Below, piece after piece: positions 38,641 to 52,399 of a stretch of 64,000 nucleotides of DNA. How positions within the stretch are numbered: the stretch's first letter is position 1; each line of letters opens with the position of its first letter. Under the pieces are notes generated by a model. That model was not told the DNA's origin. It did not search any database and worked only from the letters and a program-made list of their open reading frames with translations. Source of the DNA: Eledone cirrhosa (taxonomy: Eukaryota); NCBI GenBank assembly GCA_964016885.1, contig OZ024740.1, positions 59,582,001 to 59,646,000 of the forward strand. The letters run 5' to 3'. The position numbers and the translations under genes were made by a program.

Positions 38641-39288
38641 ACTGCATTGAAGTCTATATATATATACTAACTCTATACATACTTTAAATGAAATATACTC
38701 TCTAATAAAAGTAACAAAGAAGTTGTATGGATTTAGTAATATAACTTTCTCATTATTAAGCTAGTGTATGGCAAAATCATTAGTGGGTCAGATAGAATAC
38801 TGTATTTATTTTAGTAGTCTGCTCTCTGAGTTCAAATCCTCCCAAGTCCAACTTAGCCTTTCATAAGGGTCAATGTAATTGATGTTCCTCTCCCATCAAA
38901 ACTGCTGCTTCGTGCTTAAATTTGAAACCATTAAAGAAGGGTTGAGGATTGGCAGAATCATTAGGGTATCAGACAAAATGTTTTGTGACAATTAGTTTTC
39001 TGAGTTCAAATCCTGCCAATGTCAAATTTGCATATCATTCTTTCTGGGTTGATAAAATAAAGTACTAGTTAGAGTATTGAGTTTGGTATAATCAACTTAC
39101 CCCTCCCCTCAAATAGCTGACTTTGTGCCTAAATGAGAAATCCTTATCAAGCAAATAAATTAAATGTTCACACATTAAATTATGACAGAAGATTTTTAGA
39201 TAAATATAAACACATTAAAACATACAGCTGTCTCATATAACCAGGTGGTTTAGTATCAAAACGGTTAAAAAAATTTCTGAGCTATGTT

Positions 39289-39926
39289 CAGGGTTGGATT
39301 TAGACCTTGGGGAGGGGGTTACTTCAGGTTTGAGGAGGGGCCCTCATACACAAAAAATTAGAATACACACCAAACCCCCAATTTTACATATCAAAGTCAG
39401 CTGGCACAAGTAATTAGAATTGAAAAGTTATACATACAGGTATTAAATTTAAAAAATCTAATCATTCTCATTTTATGTCCACTTTCCACACTGGCATGTG
39501 TTGAACAGAGAGACTAGAAATATAGAAGCGACCTCATCTGGCTCATATATTACTATTTGGCATGGTTTCTATGGCTGGATGTCCTTCCTAACATAACCAC
39601 TCTAGAATGTTTACTGGGGGCAGTGTTTTTGTGACAACCACTTTACACAGTGACATCAAATACTTTTTATTAGAATATTGTTCTAATAACAACCTGATAT
39701 CTCTAAAGTTAAGAAAATTTGATGGATTTCTTGCCACAGTAAGGACATTAAATACATTTTGTTAAAAATATAATTCTCATTGTCAAACGATAAAACTAAA
39801 AAGCCCAGCAAAGGGCACAACTAAATTGCTACGGCTGTCACTGGTGGGCACAACCAACCCCCAGCCTCCTGCTGTGTAGGGCCCGCGGAAATTGCCCCCA
39901 TTTTCCCCCTATTAAACGCGGTCCTG
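39289..39926. mobile_element. hAT-like MITE with internal SINE/RTE-like insert; second copy at about 55140-55706
   Basis: CAGGGTTGGATTTA...TAAACGCGGTCCTG imperfect TIRs; about 550 bp shared with the 55k copy ending TAAATTCGGCCCTG. Confidence 0.6.
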
Positions 39927-42900
39927 GTACTTCTTCATAACCATGGGAATTGGGGTGCAGTCATGTGTGTAGGTGTATTCTACTATAGTCTCAGCTTGAT
40001 CAATGCCTTGTGAGTGAAATTTGATAGATAGAAGCTGTGTAAAGGCTTGTCTGATGATTTGTGCCTGTAATTCAAAGGTGCAGTCTTGTCACATATTGTA
40101 TCATGCTGATTTTTCTTGAGAATTATGTTAAAAGTACACATGTCTGTGGAATACTCAAAACTTATATGTCAATTAATGAACTGTACCCAGAATTGATTGC
40201 ATGATTGAATGCTCATTGTTGAATCTGACAAAGAATCTATCATCATGCATATATATCTGTATGGTTAACCTGCCAATATATCTCCATTCACAGAATTCTA
40301 CAACTCCTGCATGTGATTGTGTGTAGTTGTATGTGTTGTGTGTGTGTATTTGTGTGTTATGGTTGTGGTGTGTGTTTACAGTTGTGTGTTGTGGCTGTAT
40401 GTGTGCAGTTGTGTCTTGTGATTGCATGTCTGTGTGGGTGTGGCATGTAGTTGCATGTCTATGTGTGTGTAGTGTGTAGTTGTGTGTGTGTGTATAGTTG
40501 TGTTTGTGTGTGTGTGTGTGTATGTTTGCATCCGTGTCTGTATTTACATTTACATGACTTGTTTGTTTATATTCTGCTGCTTAGTAGCTTGACAAATAGA
40601 AATCAATAAATTATGTATGTTTGAAAATAAGTACTTTAATCAATATGATTGGCTAAAAACACTTGAATACTGCACTCCAGCATGACCGCAGTCTAATGAC
40701 TGAAACCAGGAAAAAAAAGAGAAAAGAGTAGAAGATTGAAAAACTCAATATATCTTAAATAAATAAAGATATAGATGGCAAATAGGCAGTGTCATTAGAA
40801 CATCAGGTGGAGCGCTTTGCAGTATTTGTTCTGGCTCTCTGAGTTCAAATCCCACCAAGGTTAACTTTGCCTTTCATGTAGTGTCTAATATTCATAAATA
40901 AAAGATGACCATGAATGCAACAACTTTCATCATAGATCTTTTAAATCAGGGTTGATCTGAAATTAACAGCAATGACTAACTCTTTCATTATCATAATGAA
41001 GCACACTGCATAAGATTTTCAAATTAACCAAAAAATTTGGGGAATTTCATAATTAAGTTAAGAGTTTGGAATATAATAAAGTTTGTATATTAAATTATAA
41101 AGGAAGGGCTTTAGATAAATATAAACATCTTAAAACAAACAGTTTTGTATAATAAAACTAGGGGTGGTTTCAGGTAGTTTGGTATCAAAAAGGTTAAATA
41201 TAGTATATGAATGTCAAGTCAGCCAGCTGGAGTAGGTTCAAAGAATCAACCAGGAATAGAACCTATTTCACATATTTCATCTGTCAGAAGCTAACGATTT
41301 GTGATGCTTTACTTTCATTGCAAAACTTCTTAATTGACAGCTTTATATTTTCATATCTTCAATATAGAAACATAGTGAATGTTATTTTCAAAAGAAGCTT
41401 TATATATGAATTCATAAGAACTGTTTAAGCCATGTTTCACTAGAAAATTACTTACCTCGGGCATCAGTTTTCTTTTGTGAAAGCAGTAAACAGAATGACT
41501 CAAGAATTCCAATAGTATATTAAATATAGAGAGCAATAAATAGATATGTTGATCATTTTAAAAACAGTTTGACAACCAGTTCATGAAATTGCATGTGACA
41601 TAGAAAGAAAAATTTTATTTTTAAAGTGTGTGTGTCAGATGGTGTTGGTGGGGAAGGTTATGATACTGAACAAGAGGTGAACTGACTTGAGAACCATAAA
41701 AGCTTATTTAGAACATCAGTCAAGTGAAGAAGCAACATTTTCTCTTGACTTTTCTATAGATCAGACTGAAACAAGGACAATGTTAGATTGATGGCATTTG
41801 ATCAATGCTGCTGGGAAGACAGTTACATTATATTATATTGCTCTTATTGATATATTGACTATATCGACATTAAATCTCCAAAATAACCTCTATATACACT
41901 TATCAACTGAACACCTGTAAGAAAAATTTCTTTGGAGATATTAAAAAAGAATTTATAATTCTGTATACCATATAATATAATTCTGTATGCCCCTCCACTC
42001 CATACACACATACACATGCAAACAAAGACAAGAGATAATAACTGAGTCAGGAGGTAAATATAGAAAAATAATTCTTATTGATAAAATGGAAACCAGGACT
42101 GAAAGTCTTCTAACCAATTTATTGTTCAATTTTAATATTTGTTGATACTGGGAACAATATTACCTCCTCAAATTGATTTCTGCCTCCCAAGAGTAGGATA
42201 AATAACAAAACTATTAAAATATTTATGGCCTGTAATTTTCTGGTTCACTAGTTTTAAAATAGAAAAACCACAAAAAGGTTAAACAATAGTGCCAGAAGTA
42301 AAAAATTTCATGGGAGATTTCAGAAACTGTATTAAAACAATATTGATAATATCGAGACAATTTTATAACAGAAGTGATTAATATATGTGTTCAAATAAAC
42401 TTGATCTTAGACAGTCAGTCAAAACTTATATAGATATTCATACAAATTAGCTTGAAATCAAAATTGTATTGATTTCATAATTACTTGTTATTGGGTTAGC
42501 AACTAAATTCAAAGGTTGTGTCATTTTGAATCAAATTTGAAAATTATTTCAACTTCTGCAGTTCCACTCACTTTTCTTAAAGAAACTCATTATTTCTATT
42601 TATGAAAGTATCAAGGCATTTGCTTGTTGAATTCACAATAAGAATAATATATATAACTTACACACACACATACAATATATATATATATTTATAGAAAATG
42701 TCCATTTTCTCTGCTTCCAAGGGTTGGACAGGTTTACACAGGCTGAGTTTGTACTGAAGTGAGGCCGCTGATGTCTTTAGACAGGCTGGGCATTCACATC
42801 TCACTTACATATAGTTCCACATCCTACCAAGTGCATTTTATCATGACACCATCACTAGAGAGCTTGTCAGGTCTTTGTCACAACTAGAGGGTCCTCAGTG

Positions 42901-43859
42901 CCTTTTGTTTGACAAGCTTTCTATGGCTGGATGACCTTCTACAGTTGGATACCCTATGGGAGGAAAGGAAGATAGATATGAAGTTATAGGTGTATGTGGG
43001 GATTTGGCAGGGTGATGACTAAGGGGAAGGAGTAGCTGATAGTGGATAGGGAGATGAAATATTGTGATCGATAGAGGGCAGGGGAGGAGTGATGAAGAGA
43101 TAAATAATGGGTGATAGGTGAGGAGGATACACAAATGGTAGAGAGAGTAGCTACTATGGTGCAATAGTCAGAGTATCTAAGGGCTTTAAAGAGAGAGAGG
43201 GAGAAAATGAGAGAGATATACATATATGCATATGTACATCTGTGTCAGTGTCTATATCTTTTTTATGTTTACCACAACAAACTGGTGTCAAGTTACACCC
43301 CCTTATGCCAAAACTGTAACTTAGCAGTTTGATAGAGATCAATAAAATAAGTACCAGGCTGAAATAAGTAATAGGGTTGATATGAGCAACTTAAAGGTAG
43401 TGCTACAGCACTGCTGTAGCCTAATGTCTGAAATCAATAAAAGAATAAGCAAACAGAAACATCTCTTTCCCTTCTGATACCAACACACCTAAAACCAGCC
43501 TTGGTTTTATGAAACCAAGCTGTTTGTTTTAAAGTGTATATATCTAAAAACTTTCCATCATAATTTTATAATTTTATGTCAGAACCTTTGCTATTTTATG
43601 CATCAAACACCAACTTAATGAAAATGTTAGTCTAAAAAATAACATGTTATTAGAAAGCCACATCAATGTGAATGGGTCATGAAATATTAATTATACAAAG
43701 ATAGTAAAAGATGTTGGAATATTACCTTGGAGTTGTTTAATATTTCAAGATAAAATCTTAACACCTAAAGAAGAGTGAGGAAACTAATTCGGGGCAAGAT
43801 ATCTTGTGTCTTCTTATACTGGCATTTTAAAATCTGAAAAAGGTATTTCAATACTGCCT

Positions 43860-44526
43860 CCATGATAGTTTTCATTCCACATTGTTATAGACGATCCATT
43901 TTTTTTACTCCAGATATGATTTTCTTCAAAAAGTGATCATTTTCTTCCGGTTTATGCAGTTGGGTGAGGATGGCTTCATTCAATTCACGGGGAACCCAAA
44001 CATTGAGTCTCCTGACATAACAAAGCCTATGCAGATGATTTTCAACATGTGATTTGGATATCTGGTGAATATCTGCAATCTCCCTGGTTCTAAGATAGAA
44101 GTTGGTGTTGACTTAACTCCTTCACTTGGTCGCCGTTAACCCCAGTTTGCTGTTCAGAGTGAGGTGCATCTTGAATTTAAAAATTTGCCAATTGAAATCT
44201 TGAAAACCACTTCTGGCATACACGTTCTGTAACAGCATCGTATCTGTACACAGTGCATATGTTCCTGTAAGTTTTGGATGCTTTCTTACCTATTTTAAGA
44301 TAATAAAAGCATGATGTGTCGATAATGTTCATTTTGGTTCTCCATTTTGAGGATCAAGAAAAATGCACAAAATACGATCAAACTTCTTTGAGTTTTGCTA
44401 CAAACTACTTTGAAGTATCAAGTATCTAATGAGTGCATACTCTGAAGGAAAAAAAGTACAGTTAGTGACTATGCGAGCAACTGAAGTTGGCAAAAAACCA
44501 AACAGACTTTTTGGCCAACCCAATAT
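43860..44526 (-). pseudogene. Mariner transposase remnant with one TIR
   Basis: Minus strand MENQNEHYRHIML (ATG about 44345), VWVPREL, FLKKIISG..KWIVYNNV; TIR TATTGGGTTGGCCAAAAAGT at about 44506-44526. Confidence 0.85.
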
Positions 44527-45752
44527 ATATGCATATATGTTTATATATGTGTGTGTGTGTGTGTGTGTGCAAAAGGAAAACAGAAATAACATACAAATGA
44601 CACAGTACAATGAAGAAATATATTATTAATTTACACTTGATATAGTAGGAAAAGAGTCTTCATGTTTCAGATGCTAATCCTTCATCCAAAAATAGAATGA
44701 GAAATTAAAGGAGAAATATATAACATAGTTAAATGACATGCCTGAAACATTAGTATCCAAGGCTATTTCTGGAAACTTTAGAATTCCTTACAAATACGTA
44801 CATAAATGCCCAATAGATAAAGGGATGTGAACCTGGCTATATAATATTCTAAAACAAAGTCTGTGAATACTTATTTGTATATCTCACTTTGCAATATTGA
44901 AAATTATTTAATCACGGCATTATACAACAACAGCAACAAGTATCTTAAAGCCATTTCCTTATTAAAGGTGTTAGCCTTGCTGGCTCCATGGCATGCTTTC
45001 AACTTATAATGAAGTCCTTTTTGAGACAAAGATTTAGGGCTGGATACCTTTCCTGGTAGCAACCCTTTGTCATTTTTTATGACAAGCTGAGATATAGTCA
45101 ACCTATTCTAAACTGGATACACATAGTTCTAAACCAAATACACACAAAATATTGCAAAAAATAAAGAAATTTTCAAATGCATCAGTTTAGAGCTCACCTT
45201 GTACACTTCTCTTAGAGACCTTATATACAAATACAAGTTGTGGTGACGTTCAAATATTGGACCTTTTTATTAAAAAACAAAACAAAAAACAATAGAAATG
45301 ACCAAATGATTAGCCAAATTTAAGAAAAAATTTATATTACAGCAGAAAATTATCCCTGTAGCTGAATTTTTTTCCTCTCATACTGCATACTGACATTTTC
45401 AAGATTTTAACAGTTAATATAAAAATATTGGAATATTAGATTAAGTTGTGGCTTTAAGGCATAAAGTAATAGCCATTTGAAATGGAAGATATTGGAAATT
45501 AGCCAATATAACAATCACTTGTACAATGGGCCAATGTAAAAATATATTTTAATGACAGAATGGAAGAATATATTTTAAAAAAAAACAGGAAGATATTTTA
45601 GTTCTGCTGCACAATGGTGGTAGTAGCATTTTGTGTATTGTAACAGTGATCTAATGTTGCTGATGTTGCTTAGCCCTAAGTCAACCTGGTTTGAGTACTA
45701 AGATGTTCCAGCTGTCCATCATTTCTCAAGTATGCTGCATTTGAAGAGTTTG

Positions 45753-45973
45753 TTAACCCTTTTGTTTCCTTGTGTCTAATGAAATACACTGCTGATGTGT
45801 ATCAATTAATTTTGAAAATTTGGAGGAATTTAATAAAATAACTTACCTTTACATCAGTACACTGATGTTTGAAACATTCCTTAACAGAAGATTTAATATG
45901 GACATTTTAAAATGAGCAGTTGGCAATCATAAAACTAGGGTGGTTTCAGGTGGATTGGTATCAAAAATGTTTA
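45753..45973 (+). mobile_element. piggyBac-type MITE (second family), degenerate
   Basis: TTAACCCTTTTG..., similar to 53422-53677. Confidence 0.6.
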
Positions 45974-46989
45974 GGTAGTTGGTTATGATTTGAAGGAGAT
46001 TTGACTGCTATTTCTTGTAGGTTAAGTTACTATGTAGAGGCTACATCATTATATTGGTAGAAGTAGCATCAACTGGTGTTCTGTTGCAATTGCAATTTGC
46101 CACAAATGTCAATAGATATAACAAATAGTGAATTTTACAGCCACTGTTATAATGAACATTATCAATGTTAAAATACAATAAGGATTGGTAGTATTGTTCT
46201 CTGTTGTAACAGTAAATACTGATGTATTAGTAATAGAAAGTAAGATTTAATGGAAAATCGGTTATATTAAGAAAATGTTAATTGTAGTAGTATTAAAAGC
46301 AGTAGACTACCATCTTGTATAACATAGTTCAGATGAATCTGGCATATTAATATTGTGTATCCTGGTTTTTAGAAAAGACACACTTTCCCTGCATGTTGTA
46401 GGGACAACTGAAAAGGTTGGGGCCATGTAGGGTATACAGCTATAAAACATGATTTCAAAATATCCTGCCTGTCAGCATAGAAAAGTGGTCATAAAAACAA
46501 AGATAATGATGATAACATTGATTGAACTTGCTGCTCTCAAAGCATTTAATTGGTTATCCTGCTGCAGTGCCAGGATCACGAGAGATACTATGGTCACTCT
46601 GGCATATTGTAACTGTTTATCACCAAGTAGTTGATATCTCTTACTTTGCCAGATCTCTAGTCAGTCGAGCATATTTCAAATGATATATTTTCCTTTGAAA
46701 ATATTTTTTTTTACCTTGATATTTTAATATTCTTTTTGTGTTTGTGTGGATAAAGATAATGGGGAAATTAAAATAGAGTTAAGGATAAAAAGTTGAAGAC
46801 AAAAAGCAGAGATCCTCTGCTAAATGCTAAAACTCTTTAGTTACTTCTTACAGGTAACTTGAGTTCAAATTCTGCAGAGTTAGCAGCCTTACATCGTTTC
46901 AGAGTTAGTAAACTAAGTCATTAATACAACTGTATTGACTCAATCGACTTTACTCATTCATTTTACAAACCTAAAAGTGTTCTTATGGA

Positions 46990-47345
46990 TATTTTAAAGT
47001 ATGTGACATCCTAGAGATCATTAGCAAAGCAAAATGGAAGTGGGCAGAACACATTGCCAGAATGATTGACAACAGATGGATCACACTCGTCCCCTTCAGG
47101 ACTCTACTATGTCACACAAGAAGTAAAGGCTACCAGAAGACCAAATGGGGAGATAACCTTGAGAAAATTGTAAAATTTGGGCCATGAATGGCTCAGGACA
47201 GCAAAGATAGCACAGCTCGAGGAAGGTCTATGTCCAACGATGGACTTTCCATGAAAGAAGAAGACGAAGAAGGAGGAGGAGGAGAAGGAGAAGAAGAAGA
47301 AGAAGAAGAAGAAGAAGAAGAAGAAGAAGAAGAAGAAGAAGAAGA
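46990..47345 (+). mobile_element. Degenerate RTE-type 3' remnant with long (GAA)n tail
   Basis: KQKWKWAEHIARMIDNRW remnant; (GAA/GGA)n at 47255-47345. Confidence 0.6.
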
Positions 47346-48000
47346 TTTTCCATAAAAGGTACCCATAAAATTAAACAAGTAGCATTAACACAGATTGAAA
47401 CTAAAATTCTATTGCTTTAGTTAATTTCAAAAATTAGAAATGAGATGCATTTAAATTCATCTCATGCGTAAATAGATAAAACTGTGTCAGTGAAGGAAAG
47501 CAGCTATTCTTGAGCAACAGGTCAGGGAATTATAATGTAACCAATTTCGTTTGAAACTTATCTACATAATAACATAATTTTCATGTTAACAAAATTCAAC
47601 TAAAATATTGTCAATAAATATCATCCAATTAGATTAAAACTTTCAATATCAAATCGCCAGAAACTGCCTATGGTTCTATGATGCAGAACTTATTTTTATA
47701 AAGTATTTATAAAACCATCCCTCATAATTCTAAGTAAGAACCGTCGTTAAGTTATGTTTCAAATACCAGCTTAAAAGGGAAAAAGTTAGTTATATTACTA
47801 AATTCGGCCAAATTCTTGATTACTTTTGAAATCATGAACAATTTCTTTTATCTCTGTTACTGTATTGTGGTGTGATAAATAAATATATACATATTAACCA
47901 CGTCCAAACACAATGGAACCAAACTCCCACTGTCACTGCCTCTGTCTCTCCCACTCTCCCCACCTCTCACTATTATAAGCAAATAGGGGCCCACCAGATT

Positions 48001-49998
48001 GTAATGAAAGGGTTAATGACATAGACAGTGTCTTTCATTAGAAATAGGGTAATTAAAGGGTTAATGACATAGACAGTGTCTTTCATTAGAAATATGGTAA
48101 TGAAAGGATTAATGACATAGGCAATGTCTTTCATTAGAAATATGGTAATGAAAGGTTTAACGACATAGGCAGTGTCTTTTATTAGAAATATGGTAATGAA
48201 AGGTTTAACAACATAGGCAGTGTCTTTTATTAGAAATATGGTAATGAAAAGGTTAATGATAGGTAGTGTCTTTCATTAGAAATATGGTAATGTAAGGATT
48301 AACGACATAGGCAATGTCTTTCATTAGAAATATGGTAATGAAAGTGTTAATGACATAGGCAGTGTCTTTCATTAGAAATATGGTAATGAAAGCGTTAATG
48401 ACATAGGTAGTGTCTTTCATTAGAAATATGGTAATGAAAGGGTTAATGACATAGGCAGTGTCTTTCATTAGAAATATAGTAATGAAAAGGTTAATGATAG
48501 GTAGTGTCTTTCATTAGAAATAGGGTAATGAAAGGGTTAACGACATAGGCAGTGTCTTTCATTAGAAATATGGTAATGAGAGGGTTAATGACATAGACAG
48601 TGTCTTTCATTAGAAATATGGTAATGAAAGGGTTATTGACCTAGACAGTGTCTTTCATTAGAAATATGGTAATGAAAGGTTAATGACATAGGCAGTGTCT
48701 TTTAATAGAAATAGGGTAATGAAAGGGTTAATGACATAGGCAGTGTCTTTCATTAGAAATATGGTAATGAAAGCGTTAATGACATAGGTAGTGTCTTTCA
48801 TTAGAAATATGGTAATGAAAGGGTTAATGACATAGGCAGTGTCTTTCATTAGAAATATAGTAATGAAAAGGTTAATGATAGGTAGTGTCTTTCATTAGAA
48901 ATAGGGTAATGAAAGGGTTAACGACATAGGCAGTGTCTTTTATTAGAAATATTGTAATGAAAGGGTTAATGACATAGACACTGTCTTTCATTAGAAATAT
49001 GGTAATGAAAGGGTTATTGACCTAGACAGTGTCTTTCATTAGAAATATGGTAATGAAAGCGTTAATGACATAGGTAGTGTCTTTCATTAGAAATATGGTA
49101 ATGAAAGGGTTAATGACATAGGCAGTGTCTTTCATTAGAAATATAGTAATGAAAAGGTTAATGATAGGTAGTGTCTTTCATTAGAAATAGGGTAATGAAA
49201 GGGTTAACGACATAGGCAGTGTCTTTCATTAGAAATATGGTAATGAGAGGGTTAATGACATAGACAGTGTCTTTCATTAGAAATATGGTAATGAAAGGGT
49301 TATTGACCTAGACAGTGTCTTTCATTAGAAATATGGTAATGAAAGGTTAATGACATAGGCAGTGTCTTTTAATAGAAATAGGGTAATGAAAGGGTTAATG
49401 ACATAGGCAGTGTCTTTCATTAGAAATAGGGTAATGAAAGGGTTAACGACATAGGCAGTGTCTTTTATTAAAAATATGGTAATGAAAGGGTTAATGACAT
49501 AGACTGTGTCTTTCATTAGAAATATGGTAATGAAAGGGTTAACGACATAGGCAGTGTCTTTTATTAGAAATATTGTAATGAAAGGGTTAATGACATAGAC
49601 ACTGTCTTTCATTAGAAATATGGTAATGAAAGGGTTATTGACCTAGACAGTGTCTTTCATTAGAAATATGGTAATGAAAGGTTAATGACATAGGCAGTGT
49701 CTTTTAATAGAAATAGGGTAATGAAAGGGTTAATGACATAGGCAGTTTTTCATTAGAAATATGGTAATGAAAGGGTTAATGACATAGACACTGTCTTTCA
49801 TTAGAAATATGGTAATGAAAGAGTTAATGACATAGGCAGTTCTTTCATTAGAAATATGGTAATGAAAGGGTTAATGACATAGACACTGTCTTTCATTAGA
49901 AATATGGTAATGAAAGAGTTAATGACATAGGCAGTTCTTTCATGAGAAATATGGTAATGAAAGGGTTAATGACAAGAAATATTGTAATAAAAGGGTTA
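48001..49998. repeat. 48-bp minisatellite, about 41 diverged units with higher-order duplications
   Basis: Unit gaaagggttaatgacataggcagtgtctttcattagaaatatggtaat. Confidence 0.96.
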
Positions 49999-50460
49999 GT
50001 ATTTCAACTTTGCTGCATAAATCTTGATTGTGTTTAAAAGCTAGAAATAACCGTCAGATCTCACCCAAAACACACTACGATCTTAAAACTGTAAAGTTAA
50101 CATCATAATCCTAGATATACATAAATATGGGCTAATTATGCCTGGATCACAATTGAAAAACAGGTTTGTTGAATTAGGGCTGACCTGGGGTTAAACAACA
50201 GTAATAACGACTTCTAGAAGCGTAAGTGAATGTCGTCTGCAACATGAGAATTCCATTATATCTAGTTTACCAACCATGTTTAGGTAATCCAGACAAACCA
50301 AAGTGTAAAGGAACAACATCATTAGAACTTTTGGTTATAAGTAGTGGACACATAAAGTCATTTATGAAAACATCATATCAGTTTGTTCTCTTGTCTTTAG
50401 CTTATATTGCATTGGCAATGAGATGCTGTCTGAGGGCGTCGCATTATTGATTGCGTGATA

Positions 50461-50655
50461 GGGTGGTGGAGTGGCAGTATCAGAAGAGCGTCAGACACCT
50501 TGCTTCGCAGCATAGAGTTATGGCCCTTTATGTTCTGAGTTCAAATCCCACAGAGGTTAACTTTGCTTTTCATCCTTATGGGGTCAATAAAATAAAGTAC
50601 CAGTAATGTACTGGGGTAATTGCTGGCCTTGTACCAAAAGTAGAGACAATTATTG
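50461..50655 (+). mobile_element. tRNA-derived SINE
   Basis: A/B boxes and core. Confidence 0.85.
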
Positions 50656-51294
50656 ATTGAGTGATTGAAGCATCACTTATGCAATTGAAATATGTATCAC
50701 AGCTTTATAAATAAAGAAATTTTGAACATTTACATCAGACTTTCATGATTATCCTTATTGTGTATAAGGATAATCTGTCATGGATTAACAAATTATATTT
50801 GGAAGAAAACATGAAATTACATGTTTAAATCTAATTACATCATTGTTCACTGATTGGTGTGGTACCTATGTAAACCTGATTAATCAACATGTTTACCATA
50901 AGTATATATATATGAGTGGGGGTGTGGGCATGTGTGTGTGTGTGTGTGAATATGTCTGTGTGTGCGTTGGTTGGTATATATACACCATTTGAGATGAGAT
51001 GCCCCCAGATGAGATTTAGGTTTTGTTTGATTAACAGGTCTGATCAAGGGGCTGGAGTCAAGTCGGTAACACTAATATGGATCCTGAGTCACCCATCTGT
51101 GAAATGTTCCTAACTGAGCCTAATCAATAAAAACCTCAATGTGAAACCTTGTTTTGTTCTTAATATATACACTCTGCTATATTGTAGAGTGCTAATATTG
51201 GTACCTTCCTCAGTTAACCACAAATCTATTGAATCACCTAATATATGTATATATATCCATGCTAGTGTGGAAGATGGATGTTAAACGAAGATGA

Positions 51295-51337
<43 letters not shown>

Positions 51338-51339
51338 TA

Positions 51340-52131
51340 TAAAAATTTCGCTCTACAAGGCTGAATACAATAAATGTAATTTGAGTTTTTCAAATATTAA
51401 TAATAACATTCGATTCGTTTGCAATTATGCAAACAAGCCTCATGTTTAAAGCCATGTCAGTAGAATAAACCCTTCATTCTTACTCTTGTATTGGCATGTA
51501 AAGAGAATTGCAGACACTAACCAACAGATCTGCTGTTCTGTTTACATACCAACAGAAGAGTAAGAATGAAGGGTTCATTCTACTGACATGGCTTTAAAAA
51601 TGAGGCTTGTTTGCATAATTGCAAACGAATGAATGTTTCAAAAAAAAAGAAGAAAAGTGGAAAATAAAAGTAGAGGAAAAAAAGTAAAGTAGAAATAATT
51701 ATTAATATTCGAAAAACTCAGATTACATTTATTGTATTCAGCAATGTAGAGCAAAAAATTTTTTTTTTTATTACTTGAATGTGGCAAAACTGGCCATTTA
51801 TCGCTCGTATACAGGAAACTGACTGGCCAGTCTGCTGATATGCAAATCTGACTGATCAGCCAGTCTGCTAATATGCAAATCAGGCCGGTCAGTCACTGTA
51901 TATTTTAGAAAATAGCATATATTTTCACTAGCTCTGACAGTTGGCAGGTGAACAGTGAGCTGTACTGATGAAGGGTGATTCCCAGAAACATTAGTGTCTG
52001 CAGTTCTGTTTACATGCCAACACAAGAGCAAGAATGAAGGGTTCATTCTACTGACATGGCTTTAAAAATGAGGCTTGTTTGCATAATTGCAAACGAATCA
52101 AATATTATTATTAATAAACTCAGATTACATT
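51340..52131 (+). mobile_element. Composite pLTR-like element: inverted partial repeat, 468-bp unit, partial direct repeat; in (TA)n
   Basis: 51340-51520 is the reverse complement of about 51531-51760; 51999-52131 repeats the sequence from 51531 onward. Confidence 0.85.
51959..52004 (+). ncRNA. Type-I hammerhead ribozyme
   Basis: GCTGTA-CTGATGA-aGGGtgattCCCa-GAAA-CATTAGTG-TC-TGCAGT (GUC cleavage triplet). Confidence 0.85.
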
Positions 52132-52214
<83 letters not shown>

Positions 52215-52280
52215 ATATGATATGTAGATTTAAAACTGCACTATCCACAAGTGTTTTTTAGCCTTCATATCATGTTCTCC

Positions 52281-52351
52281 TGTTTTATCTGATGAAAACA
52301 CAAATATTATTGCATGATGATGTTTGTTTTTGAAATGCGCATAATAAAATA
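52281..52351 (+). ncRNA. Type-I hammerhead ribozyme in a TA-flanked insert of about 175 bp (52219-52393)
   Basis: TGTTTTAT-CTGATGA-AAAcACAAATATT..GATGTTTGTtTTT-GAAA-TGCGCA-TA-ATAAAATA. Confidence 0.82.
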
Positions 52352-52399
52352 CATGGAACTCCTTTAACCATCTTTTGATCTTATATTATATTTATATAT

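Noticed and set aside
44655-44700. Possible minus-strand hammerhead (GGATGAAGGATTAGCATCTGAAAC)
   Set aside because: Core lacks CUGA and there is no convincing stem I or III
48253-49612. Repetitive MKDTAYVINPFITIFL ORFs
   Set aside because: By-product of the 48-bp unit being a multiple of three; frequently frameshifted
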